A stretch of DNA of 64,000 nt, taken from NCBI GenBank assembly GCA_951406725.2, contig OX597823.1, positions 41,726,001-41,790,000 on the forward strand, in the 5' to 3' direction. Made by a program: the position numbers and the translations under genes. This DNA comes from Octopus vulgaris. Taxonomy: Eukaryota. Below are positions 63,834 through 64,000 of the stretch, one piece after another. Every line of letters begins with the position of its first letter. The stretch's first letter is position 1. Below the pieces are notes generated by a model. The model was given only the letters and a program-made list of their open reading frames with translations, was not told the DNA's origin and did not search any database.

Positions 63834-64000
63834 ATGTCTGATCATAGTAAGGCTTGAGTTCGATTGACCAAGGGAAATATTTACTTGCTTGGAAATAGGT
63901 GGGAGCTGGCAGCAAGAAGACCGTCTATAACACAAAATCTAGTTCAATGATTTTTGTCTGACCTGTGCAACCAAGAAAAACTGGACATTAAAATGATTAC

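Overview
This is AT-rich, microsatellite-saturated animal genomic DNA. The repeat families look like those of Octopus (inferred from recalled repeat sequences, not checked). I can support only one host coding segment: a 198-bp phase 1-1 exon at 12651-12848 (+) encoding a single Sushi/CCP domain, so the rest is most likely intron or intergenic. Almost all other ORFs in the track are microsatellite artefacts or decayed transposon fragments. The repeats include modular tRNA-derived SINEs, RTE LINE remnants, at least five distinct R4/Dong-type retrotransposon 3' ends inserted strand-specifically in (TAA)n, maT (DD37D) and mariner (DD34D) transposase relics, and mariner, piggyBac and hAT MITEs. There are also Penelope-type fragments with minimal hammerhead ribozyme motifs. 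The most interesting object is a 444-bp element at 63390-63833 that combines a tRNA-like Pol III head, a minimal hammerhead, an inverted copy of its own 3' end and a target-site duplication. A 62-bp locus-specific templated duplication (21587 to 25939) is also notable. Coordinates of decayed repeats are approximate.
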